Assembly (NCBI GenBank): GCA_963704225.1
Contig: CAVPHL010000002.1
Span: 113,755-177,754 of the forward strand
Direction: 5' to 3'
From: an uncultured Actinomycetota bacterium
Lineage (GTDB): Bacteria > Actinomycetota > Actinomycetes > Propionibacteriales > Propionibacteriaceae
Length of the DNA stretch: 64,000 nucleotides
Shown: positions 1 through 10,582 of the stretch, piece by piece
How the letters are laid out: each line of letters opens with the position of its first letter
Numbering within the stretch: the stretch's first letter is position 1
Notes under the pieces: generated by a model
Told to the model about the DNA's origin: nothing
What the model saw: only the letters and a program-made list of their open reading frames with translations
Database searches by the model: none
Program-made: the position numbers and the translations under genes

Positions 1-886
<886 letters not shown>

Positions 887-977
887 GCTGGTTCCCTCCT
901 CGTCGCCCAACCATATGTGGCCCGCTGAAACAGGGGACAGGGATCGCCTGCCGCGGGCCGCCGGAGAAAGCCGTCGA

Positions 978-1034
978 GTGGGTGCGTGGTGGAGCAAAGT
1001 GGAGTACGGTGGAGCCAAGTGGAGGACGGCGGAA
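978..1034 (+). promoter_or_regulatory. MraZ-binding direct-repeat array
   Basis: GTGGAG at 989, 999, 1009 and 1019 (10-bp period), with degenerate copies at 978 and 1029, directly upstream of mraZ. Resembles known GTGG/TGGG MraZ operator repeats. Confidence 0.8.
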
Positions 1035-1046
1035 GGGGAGGTACCC

Positions 1047-1475
1047 GTGTTTCTGGGCACCCACACCCCCAAGCTCGACGAGAAAGGCCGGTTCTTCCTG
1101 CCCGCGAAGTTCCGCGAGCAGCTGGCCGCCGGCTTCGTCATCACCCGCGCGCAGGACCGCTGCCTGGCGATCTGGCCGACCGAGGCCTTCCTGGCCGAGG
1201 TCGCGAACAGCGCGAGTGGCCCCTCCACGGTCCGCGGGGTGCGGGACTACCAGCGCATGGTGGCCTCGGGCGCCTCGGACGAACTGCCGGACAGCCAGGG
1301 CCGGGTCACCGTCCCCGGACCGTTGCGGGCCTACGCGGGCCTGACCAAGGAGATCGTCGTGATCGGGGCGTTCAACCGCCTCGAGGTGTGGGACGCGGCG
1401 GCCTGGGCGGAGTACTCGGCAGCGCAGGAGGAGGCCTTCGCGGCCTTGGACGAGGGAGCACCGGCCGTGGTCTGA
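1047..1475 (+). CDS. mraZ: Division/cell wall cluster transcriptional regulator MraZ
   Basis: MFLGTHTPKLDEKGR...DSQGRV...IGAFNRLEVWD. GTG start after GGGGAGG. First dcw gene. Confidence 0.96.
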   Translation: MFLGTHTPKLDEKGRFFLPAKFREQLAAGFVITRAQDRCLAIWPTEAFLAEVANSASGPSTVRGVRDYQRMVASGASDELPDSQGRVTVPGPLRAYAGLTKEIVVIGAFNRLEVWDAAAWAEYSAAQEEAFAALDEGAPAVV

Positions 1476-1489
1476 GCCACAGCCGAAGC

Positions 1490-1595
1490 CGCCCCGCGCG
1501 GCGCGGCCCCGGTCCGAGTCGCCGGCCCCTGGCGCACCTTCCCCGGTGCCAGGGACCGAGCAACCCGGATCGGGACCCCGACGCACGGGGCGAAC
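1490..1595 (+). ncRNA. mraW-type cis RNA motif (hairpin with CUUCCCC loop)
   Basis: CCCTGGCGCACC-TTCCCC-GGTGCCAGGG hairpin (1527-1554) between mraZ and rsmH. Position and loop match the actinobacterial mraW RNA motif. Boundaries approximate. Confidence 0.75.
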
Positions 1596-1624
1596 GGGGT
1601 TTGACGGCGGGGCGAGGGTCGGGA

Positions 1625-2599
1625 ATGGATACTGCAGGGTTCGGCGCGGCTGCCGTCCACGTGCCGGTGCTGGCCGACCGCATCGTCGACCTGCTGGCAC
1701 CCTCCCTGGCGGAGGCCGGGTCCTGCTACGTCGACGGCACGCTTGGCCTGGGCGGCCACGCGTCCCTGATCCTGGACGCCTGCCCGAACGCGGTCCTGAT
1801 CGGCATCGACCGGGACCCTGCGGCGCTCGCGCTGGCGGGCCAGCGGCTGGCCCGTTTCGGCGACCGGGTTCGCCTGTTCCGGGCCGTGTACTCCGAACTC
1901 CCCGACGTGCTCGCCCGCGCCGGGCTGCGCCAGGTCCAGGCGATCTGCCTCGACCTGGGCCTGTCCTCGCTGCAGATCGACCGGCGGGAGCGCGGTTTCG
2001 CCTACGCGGTCGACGCACCCCTGGACATGCGGATGGACTCCGACTCCCCACTGACCGCGGCGATCATCGTGAACACCTGGCCGGCCACCGACCTGTCCCG
2101 GATCCTGCGCACCTTCGGCGAGGAACGGTTCGCCGGCCGGATCGCGAGCCGCATCGTCGCGGCCCGGTCGCAGGAGCCCTTCACCAGTTCGGCCCGCCTC
2201 GTCGAGGTGATCGCCGACGCCATCCCGGCCGCGGCCCGGCACACCGGCGGCCACCCGGCCAAGCGCACCTTCCAGGCGCTGCGGATCGCCGTCAACGCCG
2301 AACTCGAGGCGCTGGCGGAGGTGTTGCCGCAGGCGCTGGCGGCGCTCGCCCCCGGAGGGCGGCTGGCCGTGCTGGCCTACCACTCCGGGGAGGACCGGCT
2401 GGTCAAACGCGCCTTCGCCGACGCCTCGCAGGACCACGTCCCTTCCGGCGTCCCGGCCGTCCCCGAGGCCTACCGGGCCCGGTTCGCCCTGCTCACCCGG
2501 GGCGCGGAGCGTCCCACCCCCGCCGAGGTCGAGGCGAACCCACGTGCCGCGTCGGCCCGCCTACGCGCCATCACCCGCAACCTGGAGGTGCCCCGATGA
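1625..2599 (+). CDS. rsmH: 16S rRNA m4C1402 methyltransferase RsmH (MraW)
   Basis: HVPVL, VDGTLGLGGHA, DLGLSSLQID, HPAKRTFQALRIAVN, NPRAASARLR. Confidence 0.96.
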   Translation: MDTAGFGAAAVHVPVLADRIVDLLAPSLAEAGSCYVDGTLGLGGHASLILDACPNAVLIGIDRDPAALALAGQRLARFGDRVRLFRAVYSELPDVLARAGLRQVQAICLDLGLSSLQIDRRERGFAYAVDAPLDMRMDSDSPLTAAIIVNTWPATDLSRILRTFGEERFAGRIASRIVAARSQEPFTSSARLVEVIADAIPAAARHTGGHPAKRTFQALRIAVNAELEALAEVLPQALAALAPGGRLAVLAYHSGEDRLVKRAFADASQDHVPSGVPAVPEAYRARFALLTRGAERPTPAEVEANPRAASARLRAITRNLEVPR

Positions 2600-3252
2600 C
2601 CGCCCTGCACGCCCCCCGCCCCGACCGCACCCCATGGGTCCCGGCCAAGGCGTCGCCCCGGCCGCAACTGCGTCCGGTGCCCGGCGCCGGCCGGAGGATG
2701 GCGGCGATCCCGTTCGCGATGGTCGTCGCGCTGCTGCTGGCCCTCGGGATGGTCGGCCTGCTGGTGCTCACCACCGTCCTGGAGTACCAGACCTTCGCCG
2801 TGCAGGAGAAGCAGGGGAAGGCCGAAGTGCTGGCCGACCAGCTGGCGGCGCTCGAGGCGAGGGTGAGCGAGGCCCGCTCGGTGCAGCACCTCGCGGTGAC
2901 CGCCCAGGACCTCGGCCTGCGGCCCAACCCCTACGCAGCCCAGCTCCAGGTTCCCGGCGGCGTCGTGCACGGCACGGCCTCCGCGGTGCGGGGCGGGGAG
3001 ATCCCGGCGGTCCGCTACCTGACCCCGGAGCAGGCCCAGGCCCAACTCGAAGCCCTTGACAAGGCCGAGGCCGAACGAGCGGCCAAGCTGAAGGCGAAGG
3101 CCGCGGCGAGGAAGCAGGCCGAGGCCGAGCGGAAGGCCAAGGCGGAGGAGCGGGCCGCCGAGCAGGCGGCCGAGAAGAAGGCCGCCGAGAAGGCCGCTGC
3201 CGAGAAAGCCGCCGCGGAGCGCGCGGCCCAGCGGGAGCAGGATCGTCCATGA
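2596..3252 (+). CDS. ftsL: FtsL-like cell division protein with Ala/Glu/Lys-rich C-terminal tail
   Basis: Single TM helix plus coiled coil, between rsmH and ftsI, with ATGA overlaps on both sides. Confidence 0.7.
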   Translation: MTALHAPRPDRTPWVPAKASPRPQLRPVPGAGRRMAAIPFAMVVALLLALGMVGLLVLTTVLEYQTFAVQEKQGKAEVLADQLAALEARVSEARSVQHLAVTAQDLGLRPNPYAAQLQVPGGVVHGTASAVRGGEIPAVRYLTPEQAQAQLEALDKAEAERAAKLKAKAAARKQAEAERKAKAEERAAEQAAEKKAAEKAAAEKAAAERAAQREQDRP

Positions 3253-5108
3253 GCCGGCCGCTGGACCGATTCTTCGCTCCCCGCCCGAAGCGCCGCCGCC
3301 GACCCTCGAGGCTGCCGCTGGCCAGCCCGGTCAGCCGGGTGCGCGGCCTGCTGATCGGGGTCGCGATCGTGTTCTCCCTGGCCGCCGGACGCGCCGTCCA
3401 GGTGCAGGCGATCGACGCCGACAACGTGGCGGAGGAGGCGGCCGACCAGATGACGGTCAGCCATGTGCTGCCCGCCTTCCGCGGCACGATCACCGACCGC
3501 AACGGCGAGGTGCTCGCGCAGACCCAGCAGACCGTCAAGGTGATCGCCGACGCCAGGATGATCCGCACCAACGGGCGCGGCGACGCGGAGCTCACCGAGG
3601 CGGACAAGCTGGCCGTCCAGTCGTCCCCGGACAAGATCGCCGCGCTGCTGGTGCAGTACCTCGGTGGCACGGCGGCGGATTACCTGCCGAAGCTCACCTT
3701 CACCGGCAGGGGCGAGTCCTACCAGGTGGTCGGGCAGCAGGTGCCGGCGGCCACGTTCCGCGAGCTGCGGACCGCCATGCGTGCCCAGAAGCTGGTCGGG
3801 CTCAGCGCCGAGAGCCAGCCGACCCGGGTCTACCCCAACGGCTCCGTGGCGGCGAACGTGGTGGGGGCGGTCAACGGCAGCGGGGTGGGCGGCAGCGGGC
3901 TGGAATACGTCCTCAACGCGACCCTGGCCGGCAAGGACGGCAAGGAGGCCTACGAGACCTCGCCCAACGGTCGGATCCCGCTCGGCGAGAACGCGTTGGT
4001 CGAGCCGGTGAACGGCCAGGACTACCAGCTCACCCTGGACCTGCCCCTGCAGTGGCAGGTCGACCAGATCGTGGCCGACCGGGTTCGGGTGACCAACGCC
4101 CGCTCCGGTATGGCGGTGGTGATGAACCCGCAGACCGGCCAGGTGCTCGCGCTGTCCCAGTACCCGAGCTTCGACCCCAACCACGCCGGCCAGGCGGACC
4201 AGAAGAACGTGCCGAGCCGGGCGGTCACCGACCCGTTCACGCCGGGGAGCGTGCAGAAGGCGCTCACCATGGCCGCCCTGATCGATCTCGGCCTGGTGAA
4301 GCCGTCCGACGTGGTCGAGGTGCCGGATCGGATCAGGTCCGGCGACCAGTACATCACCGACGCGGAAAGCCTTCCCGACCGGCTGTACGCCCGCGGCGTG
4401 TTCGCGAAGTCGTCCAACATCGGCACGATCATCCTCGCCCGGAAGGCCGAGAAACAGGCCCTGCGCGACTACTACCTGAGCTTCGGCCTCGGCCAGAAGA
4501 CGGGGGTCGGCCTGCCCGGCGAGTCGGCGGGCATCCTGCCCCCGGCCGACATGGAGGACTACGCCCGCGACGGGTCGGCGTTCGGCGGCAGCGCCATCGC
4601 GGTCACGCTGATCCAGCAGGCGGCCGCCGTGGCGGCCCTCGCCAACGACGGTATCTACAACCCGCCCACCCTGATCAGCTCGACGACCCTTCCCGACGGC
4701 ACGGTGGCGGACTACCCCTCCGATGCCCCCCACCGGGTGGTCTCCTCCGACACCGCAGCGGTCATGATGTCCATGATGGAGACGATGGCGCAGCAGAGCA
4801 CCAGCCGCACCTTCGACGTCCCGGGCTACCGGGTCGGGGCCAAGACCGGCACCTCGAAGGTGTTCAACACCACGTGCAACTGCTTCCGGGGCCTGGTCAC
4901 CTCCGCCATCGCGGTCGCGCCGGTCGAGGATCCACAGGTCCTGGTCTACGTCGTGATCGACAACCCGAAGCGGGACGGCTCCTCCGGCAGTTCGGTGGCC
5001 GGTCCGGTGGTCCAGGACCTGACCGCGATCGCCCTGGCCCGTTACGGGGTGCCGCAGTCGGTCGGCAAGGCGCCGCGGCTGCCGATTTCGCCGGACAAGT
5101 TAAAGTAG
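3249..5108 (+). CDS. ftsI: Class B penicillin-binding protein FtsI
   Basis: RGTITDRNG, SxxK (GSVQK), SxN (SSN), KTG; N-terminal TM; dcw position. Confidence 0.93.
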   Translation: MSRPLDRFFAPRPKRRRRPSRLPLASPVSRVRGLLIGVAIVFSLAAGRAVQVQAIDADNVAEEAADQMTVSHVLPAFRGTITDRNGEVLAQTQQTVKVIADARMIRTNGRGDAELTEADKLAVQSSPDKIAALLVQYLGGTAADYLPKLTFTGRGESYQVVGQQVPAATFRELRTAMRAQKLVGLSAESQPTRVYPNGSVAANVVGAVNGSGVGGSGLEYVLNATLAGKDGKEAYETSPNGRIPLGENALVEPVNGQDYQLTLDLPLQWQVDQIVADRVRVTNARSGMAVVMNPQTGQVLALSQYPSFDPNHAGQADQKNVPSRAVTDPFTPGSVQKALTMAALIDLGLVKPSDVVEVPDRIRSGDQYITDAESLPDRLYARGVFAKSSNIGTIILARKAEKQALRDYYLSFGLGQKTGVGLPGESAGILPPADMEDYARDGSAFGGSAIAVTLIQQAAAVAALANDGIYNPPTLISSTTLPDGTVADYPSDAPHRVVSSDTAAVMMSMMETMAQQSTSRTFDVPGYRVGAKTGTSKVFNTTCNCFRGLVTSAIAVAPVEDPQVLVYVVIDNPKRDGSSGSSVAGPVVQDLTAIALARYGVPQSVGKAPRLPISPDKLK

Positions 5109-5114
5109 CCGCCC

Positions 5115-6614
5115 ATGACGACCTCGCCCGAACCGCTCCGGCCGTCCGGGACCCCGGGTGCGGGGCTGTCGACGCTGGTGCCCGGCGCGCCGGACGCCAC
5201 CGTGACCGGGGTCACCCTCGACTCGCGCACCGTCCGCCCCGGTGACCTGTACGTCGCCCTTGCCGGGAGGGCGTCGCACGGTGCCCGGTTCGCCGGTCAG
5301 GCCCTGGCCGCCGGAGCGGTGGCGGTGCTCACCGACGCCGAGGGCGGCCGGCTGCTGGCCGGGATCACTGCGCCCGTGGCCGTCGTGGCCGACCCGCGCG
5401 CCGAGATGGCGCGGGTGGCCGCGGAGGTGTACGGGCGCCCCGGGAACCAGCTCGCCCTCTACGGTGTGACCGGCACCGTCGGCAAGACCAGCACCACCCA
5501 CCTGGTGTCGGCGGCCCTGGCCACTGCCGGGCAGCGGGTGGGTACCATCGGCACGATCGGCTTCAGCTTCGACGGCCACCAGCTGGCCGCGCCGCGCACC
5601 ACCGTGACCACGCCGGAGTCGCCGGACCTCCAGGCGCTGCTGGGCCACCTCGTCGAGGGTGGCGCGGACGCGGTGGTGATGGAGGTGTCCTCGCACGCGC
5701 TGGCGCTGCACCGGGTGGACCAGCTGGTCTTCGACGTGGCCGCCTTCACCAACCTCGGCCGTGATCACCTCGACTTCCACGCCGACCAGGAGTCCTACTT
5801 CGAGGCGAAGGCGTCGCTGTTCCGCGACGGACGTTGCCGGGCCGCAGTGGTGAACACCGACGACGAGTATGGACGCCGCCTCGCCGCGGAGCTGCGCGCT
5901 GCGGCCGTCCCGCTGCTCACCACCGGTGCCGGCGCCGACTACCGGCCGCTGGGCGGCGAACTGGCCGCCGACGGCACCAGCCTGGTCCGGCTGGCCACGC
6001 CCAGCGGCGAACGCCGCTTCACCCTCGGCCTGCTCGGGGACTTCAACCTTCGCAACGCGGCCACCGCGGTCGCCATGCTCGAGGCCGCCGGGATCGACCT
6101 CGACACCGCGCTACCGGGCCTGGCCTCTGCGTTCGTGCCGGGACGGATGCAGCGGGTCGAACTCGGCGTGGACGCCCCCGGTGTCGTGGTGGACTTCGCC
6201 CACACCCCCGAGGCGGTCAGCGCCGCCCTCGGCGCGCTGCCGCCCGGACGCCGGATCGCGGTCCTGGGCTGCGGGGGTGACCGTGACCAGGCCAAGCGGG
6301 GCCCGATGGGGGCCGCCGCCGCGACGGCGGCCGACGTGGTCGTGGTCACCGACGACAACCCGCGCAGCGAGGCGCCGGAGGCGATCCGTGCCGCGGTGCT
6401 CGCCGGCGCGCGGGCCGCGGGCACCGGGGCCGAGGTGGTCGACGGCGGCCCGCGTGCCGACGCGATCCGGCTCGCGCTGGGGCTGGCCCGGCCCGGCGAC
6501 TGGGTGGCCGTGCTGGGCAAGGGGCACGAGACCGGGCAGCAGTTCGACGACCGGACCGTGGCCTTCGACGACGTCGCCGTGGTGCAGGCGACCTGGGCCG
6601 GGCTGGAGGGCTGA
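5115..6614 (+). CDS. murE: UDP-MurNAc-dipeptide:diaminopimelate ligase MurE
   Basis: GVTGTVGKTS, TTPES, MEVSSHA, DHLDFH, DFAHTP, GCGGDRD, DNPR. Confidence 0.95.
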   Translation: MTTSPEPLRPSGTPGAGLSTLVPGAPDATVTGVTLDSRTVRPGDLYVALAGRASHGARFAGQALAAGAVAVLTDAEGGRLLAGITAPVAVVADPRAEMARVAAEVYGRPGNQLALYGVTGTVGKTSTTHLVSAALATAGQRVGTIGTIGFSFDGHQLAAPRTTVTTPESPDLQALLGHLVEGGADAVVMEVSSHALALHRVDQLVFDVAAFTNLGRDHLDFHADQESYFEAKASLFRDGRCRAAVVNTDDEYGRRLAAELRAAAVPLLTTGAGADYRPLGGELAADGTSLVRLATPSGERRFTLGLLGDFNLRNAATAVAMLEAAGIDLDTALPGLASAFVPGRMQRVELGVDAPGVVVDFAHTPEAVSAALGALPPGRRIAVLGCGGDRDQAKRGPMGAAAATAADVVVVTDDNPRSEAPEAIRAAVLAGARAAGTGAEVVDGGPRADAIRLALGLARPGDWVAVLGKGHETGQQFDDRTVAFDDVAVVQATWAGLEG

Positions 6615-6619
6615 GCGGC

Positions 6620-8032
6620 ATGCGCGAGCACCACGCGGGCGAACTCGCCGGCATCGTCGGCGCCCGGCTGGTCGGTGATCCCGACGCCCCGGTCGGCCCG
6701 GACGTCGTGATCGACTCCCGCCAGGCCACGCCCGGCTGCCTGTTCGTGGCCCTGCCGGGCGAGCACGCCGACGGGCACGACTACGCCGCGGGCGCGGTGA
6801 CAGCCGGTGCCGCGGCGGTGCTGGTCACCCGGGACCTGGCGCTGGCGGTTCCGCAGCTGGTCGTACCGGACGCCGGTGCCGGCATGGCTGCGCTCGGTGG
6901 GGCGGTGGCCGCCGAAGCCGCGGCCGCCGGCATGGTCACCGTCGGCATCACCGGCTCGTCGGGCAAGACCAGCACCAAGGACCTGCTCGCCCAGGTGCTG
7001 GCCGCGGCGGGGGAGACGGTCGCCCCGGTGGGTTCGTTCAACAACGAGATCGGGGTGCCGCTGACCGCGACCCGGGTCACCCCCCGGACCCGGTTCCTGG
7101 TCAGCGAGCTCGGTGCCCGTGGCCGCGGCCACATCTCCGCGCTGTGCGGCATCGTCCGGCCGGAGGTCGGGGTGGTGCTCAACGTCGGCCACGCCCACCT
7201 GGGTGAGTTCGGTTCGGTGGACGCGATCGCGGTCGCCAAGGGCGAGCTGGTGGAGGCGCTGCCCGCCTCGGGCTGGGCGGTCCTGAACGCCGACGATCCG
7301 CGGGTGGCCGCGATGGTCTCCCGGACGACCGCCCGGCCGGCCGCGTTCAGCGTGGCCGGCGACCCCGGCTGGGGCGAACTCCGGGTCTGGGCGTCCGGGG
7401 TGACGGCGGACCCGCTGCAGCGACCGGCGTTCACCCTCCACGCTGCCGGGCAGGCCACCGGGTCTGCCACGGTCAGGCTGCGCGGGTCCGGGGCCCACCA
7501 GGTGGGAAACGCGCTGGCCGCGGCGACGGTCGCCCTCAGTCAGGGCCTGTCCGTCGCCGGGGTGGCGACCGCCCTGAGCGCTGCCGAGCCCCGCTCCCGG
7601 TGGCGGATGGAACTCGCCGAACGGGCGGACGGCGTCCTGGTCGTGAACGACGCCTACAACGCCAACCCCGACTCGATGGCTGCCGCGCTGCGGGCGCTCG
7701 GTTCGCTGCGCCGACCGGGCGGGCGGCTGCTGGCGGTGCTCGGCGACATGCTGGAGCTGGGTGACGGTGCGGCGCAGGAACATCGGGCCGTCGGCGCGCT
7801 GGCCGCGCAGCTCGGCATCGACCATCTGGTCGCGATCGGGGACCACGCCGCGGACCTGGCCGCCGGGTTCGGCGGCCCCGCCTCGCTCGTCGCCGACCGG
7901 AACGCCGCGACGACGATCGCCGCGGCCTGGCTGCGGCCCGCGGACGTCGTGCTGGTCAAGGCGTCCCGGGGGCTAGCGTTGGAGTCAGTGGCCGAAAGGC
8001 TCGCAGCCCACCCGGAAGGCGGTCGAGGATGA
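6620..8032 (+). CDS. murF: UDP-MurNAc-tripeptide:D-Ala-D-Ala ligase MurF
   Basis: GITGSSGKTSTKD, SFNNEIGVP, NDAYNANPDSM, GDMLELG, LVKASRG. Confidence 0.95.
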   Translation: MREHHAGELAGIVGARLVGDPDAPVGPDVVIDSRQATPGCLFVALPGEHADGHDYAAGAVTAGAAAVLVTRDLALAVPQLVVPDAGAGMAALGGAVAAEAAAAGMVTVGITGSSGKTSTKDLLAQVLAAAGETVAPVGSFNNEIGVPLTATRVTPRTRFLVSELGARGRGHISALCGIVRPEVGVVLNVGHAHLGEFGSVDAIAVAKGELVEALPASGWAVLNADDPRVAAMVSRTTARPAAFSVAGDPGWGELRVWASGVTADPLQRPAFTLHAAGQATGSATVRLRGSGAHQVGNALAAATVALSQGLSVAGVATALSAAEPRSRWRMELAERADGVLVVNDAYNANPDSMAAALRALGSLRRPGGRLLAVLGDMLELGDGAAQEHRAVGALAAQLGIDHLVAIGDHAADLAAGFGGPASLVADRNAATTIAAAWLRPADVVLVKASRGLALESVAERLAAHPEGGRG

Positions 8033-9096
8033 GGAGCGTCCTGCTCGCCGGCGCCATCGGCATGCTCGGTACCCTGCTCGGCACCCGCTACGCGATCCGG
8101 TTCCTGGTGACCCGGGGCTACGGCCAGTTCATCCGCGACGACGGACCGACCAGCCACCACACCAAGCGCGGCACGCCCACCATGGGCGGCATCGTGATCA
8201 TCCTCAGCGTGCTGCTCGCCTACGTGGTGGCCCACCTGGCCACCTGGACTGCGCCATCGGCCAGCGGCGTGCTCGCCCTCTGCCTGGTCACCGGGTTGGG
8301 TCTGGTCGGGCTGGCCGACGACTGGATCAAGATCAGCAAGGCCCGCTCCCTTGGCCTGCACGGCTGGGCGAAGTTCGGCCTGCAGACGGTGGTGGCGGCG
8401 GCCTTCGGCATCCTCGCCTTCCAGTTCCCCGACGACCGCGGCATCACCCCCGCGAGCCAGTGGATCTCGTTCCAGCGAGACCTGCCGTGGGCCTGGCTCC
8501 CGGTGTGGGCGGCCGTGCTCTGGATCGTGTTCCTGGTGGCGGCCTGGTCGAACGCGGCCAACCTGACCGATGGTCTCGACGGCCTGGCCACGGGCGCGGC
8601 CGCGATGGTGTTCACCGCCTACACGTTCGTGAACGTGTGGCAGTACAACCAGTCCTGCTCCTGGGCCGATGCCGGCCCGCTGTGCTACGAGGTGCGCAAC
8701 CCCCATGACCTGGCCGTGGTCTCGATGGCACTGGCCGGGGCCTGCTTCGGCTTCCTGTGGTGGAACGCCAGCCCGGCCAAGATCTTCATGGGTGACACCG
8801 GCTCGTTGGCGATCGGCGGCGCGCTGGCTGCGATGGGCGTGCTCACCCGCACCGAACTGCTGATGCCGATCATCGCCGCGCTGTTCGTGATCATCACCGC
8901 CTCGGTGGTGCTCCAGGTGGGGTGGTTCAAGCTTTCCGGTGGCAAGCGGCTGTTCAAGATGGCGCCGCTCCAGCACCACTTCGAGCTGCTCGGCTGGGCC
9001 GAGGTGACGATCACCATCCGGTTCTGGATCATCTGCGGCCTCGGCGCCGCCGCCGGGATCGGCGTCTTCTATGCCGAGTGGGTCGTGGGCCAGTGA
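8029..9096 (+). CDS. mraY: Phospho-MurNAc-pentapeptide transferase MraY
   Basis: [35 protein letters not shown]; polytopic membrane protein. Confidence 0.96.
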   Translation: MRSVLLAGAIGMLGTLLGTRYAIRFLVTRGYGQFIRDDGPTSHHTKRGTPTMGGIVIILSVLLAYVVAHLATWTAPSASGVLALCLVTGLGLVGLADDWIKISKARSLGLHGWAKFGLQTVVAAAFGILAFQFPDDRGITPASQWISFQRDLPWAWLPVWAAVLWIVFLVAAWSNAANLTDGLDGLATGAAAMVFTAYTFVNVWQYNQSCSWADAGPLCYEVRNPHDLAVVSMALAGACFGFLWWNASPAKIFMGDTGSLAIGGALAAMGVLTRTELLMPIIAALFVIITASVVLQVGWFKLSGGKRLFKMAPLQHHFELLGWAEVTITIRFWIICGLGAAAGIGVFYAEWVVGQ

Positions 9097-10568
9097 GGGA
9101 CTGGGTAGCCGCCGCCACCCGGCTCTCTCCCTGGCCCCAGGCCCGGGTCGTCGTCGCCGGGCTGGGAGCCTCCGGGTTCGCCGCCGCGGACGGGTTGCTC
9201 GACCTTGGCGCCCGGGTGCTGGTCCTGGACGACTCCGACAGCCCTGCCAACGCCGAGAAGGCCACCGTCCTGGAGATGCTGGACGCGCAGGTGCGGCTGG
9301 GACCCGGCGCCACGGCGAGCCTGCCCGGGGACGTCGACCTCGTGGTCACCTCGCCCGGCTGGCGCCCGTCGGCACCCCTGCTCGCCCAGGCGGCGCTGCG
9401 CGGGATCCCCGTCTGGGGCGAGGTGGAGCTCGCCCACCGGATGAGCCTGCCGGACCGCCGGGTGCCGTGGCTGGCCGTGACCGGCACGAACGGCAAGACC
9501 ACCACGGTGGGCATGCTCGCCTCGATGCTCACCGCCGCCGGACTGGCCACCTCGGCCGTCGGCAATGTGGGCAGGCCGATCGTCGAGGCCGTGCTGGACG
9601 ACGTCGCCTACGACGTGCTGGCAGTGGAGCTGTCCAGCTTCCAGCTGCACTGGACCAACAGCCTGTCGCTGCACTCTGCCGCGGTGCTCAACCTCGCTCC
9701 CGACCACCTGGAGTGGTACGCCGACGCGGCCGGCTGGCCCGCCGGGGCGACCGATCCGATGGCGGCCTACGCCGCGGACAAGGCGCGGATCTACCAGCGG
9801 GTCACCCACTCCGCCGTGTACAACGTGGCCGACCCGGCCACCGAGCAGATGGTGATCGAGGCCGACGTCGTCGAGGGGGCCCGCGCGATCGGCTTCACCC
9901 TCGGCGTGCCCGGCCCGTCCATGCTCGGCGTGGTCGACGACCTGCTGGTGGACCGGGCCTTCCTCCCGCAGCGCCGGGACTCCGCCGTCGAGATTGCGAA
10001 GCTGTCCGACGTCGTGCCCTACGCCCCGCACAACGTGGCGAACGCGCTGGCCGCGGCGGCCCTGGCCCGCTCGTTCGGGGTGCCCGTGGCCGCCGTCGCC
10101 GACGGGCTGAAGCGGCTCCGGCTCGGTGACCACCGGATCCAGACCGTCGCGGAGGTCGCCGGCGTGCGCTACGTCGACGACTCCAAGGCCACCAACCCAC
10201 ACGCGGCCGAAGCCTCCCTGTCGGCGTTCGGGTCCGTGGTCTGGATCGCCGGCGGCCAGGCCAAGGGCACCACGTTCGACGATCTCGTGGCGCGGGTCGC
10301 GCCCAGGCTGAGGGCAGCCGTCGTACTGGGGATCGATCGCCACGTGATTGCCGACGCTCTGGCCCGACACGCACCCGAGGTTCCGGTGAACGTCCTGGAG
10401 AGCGGCCATCATGGAGCGATGCAGCAGGCTGTGGAGTGGGCGGCGTCCCGGGCGGTTCCCGGCGACGTGGTGCTGCTCGCGCCCGGCTGCGCCAGCAGGG
10501 ACATGTACCCCGACTACGCGGCCCGGGGCGACGCGTTCGCCGCCGCGGTCGCGACGCTCAGCGGATAG
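9093..10568 (+). CDS. murD: UDP-MurNAc-L-Ala:D-Glu ligase MurD
   Basis: [30 protein letters not shown] start overlaps the mraY stop. Confidence 0.95.
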   Translation: MRDWVAAATRLSPWPQARVVVAGLGASGFAAADGLLDLGARVLVLDDSDSPANAEKATVLEMLDAQVRLGPGATASLPGDVDLVVTSPGWRPSAPLLAQAALRGIPVWGEVELAHRMSLPDRRVPWLAVTGTNGKTTTVGMLASMLTAAGLATSAVGNVGRPIVEAVLDDVAYDVLAVELSSFQLHWTNSLSLHSAAVLNLAPDHLEWYADAAGWPAGATDPMAAYAADKARIYQRVTHSAVYNVADPATEQMVIEADVVEGARAIGFTLGVPGPSMLGVVDDLLVDRAFLPQRRDSAVEIAKLSDVVPYAPHNVANALAAAALARSFGVPVAAVADGLKRLRLGDHRIQTVAEVAGVRYVDDSKATNPHAAEASLSAFGSVVWIAGGQAKGTTFDDLVARVAPRLRAAVVLGIDRHVIADALARHAPEVPVNVLESGHHGAMQQAVEWAASRAVPGDVVLLAPGCASRDMYPDYAARGDAFAAAVATLSG

Positions 10569-10582
10569 GAGGCGAACGCAAG

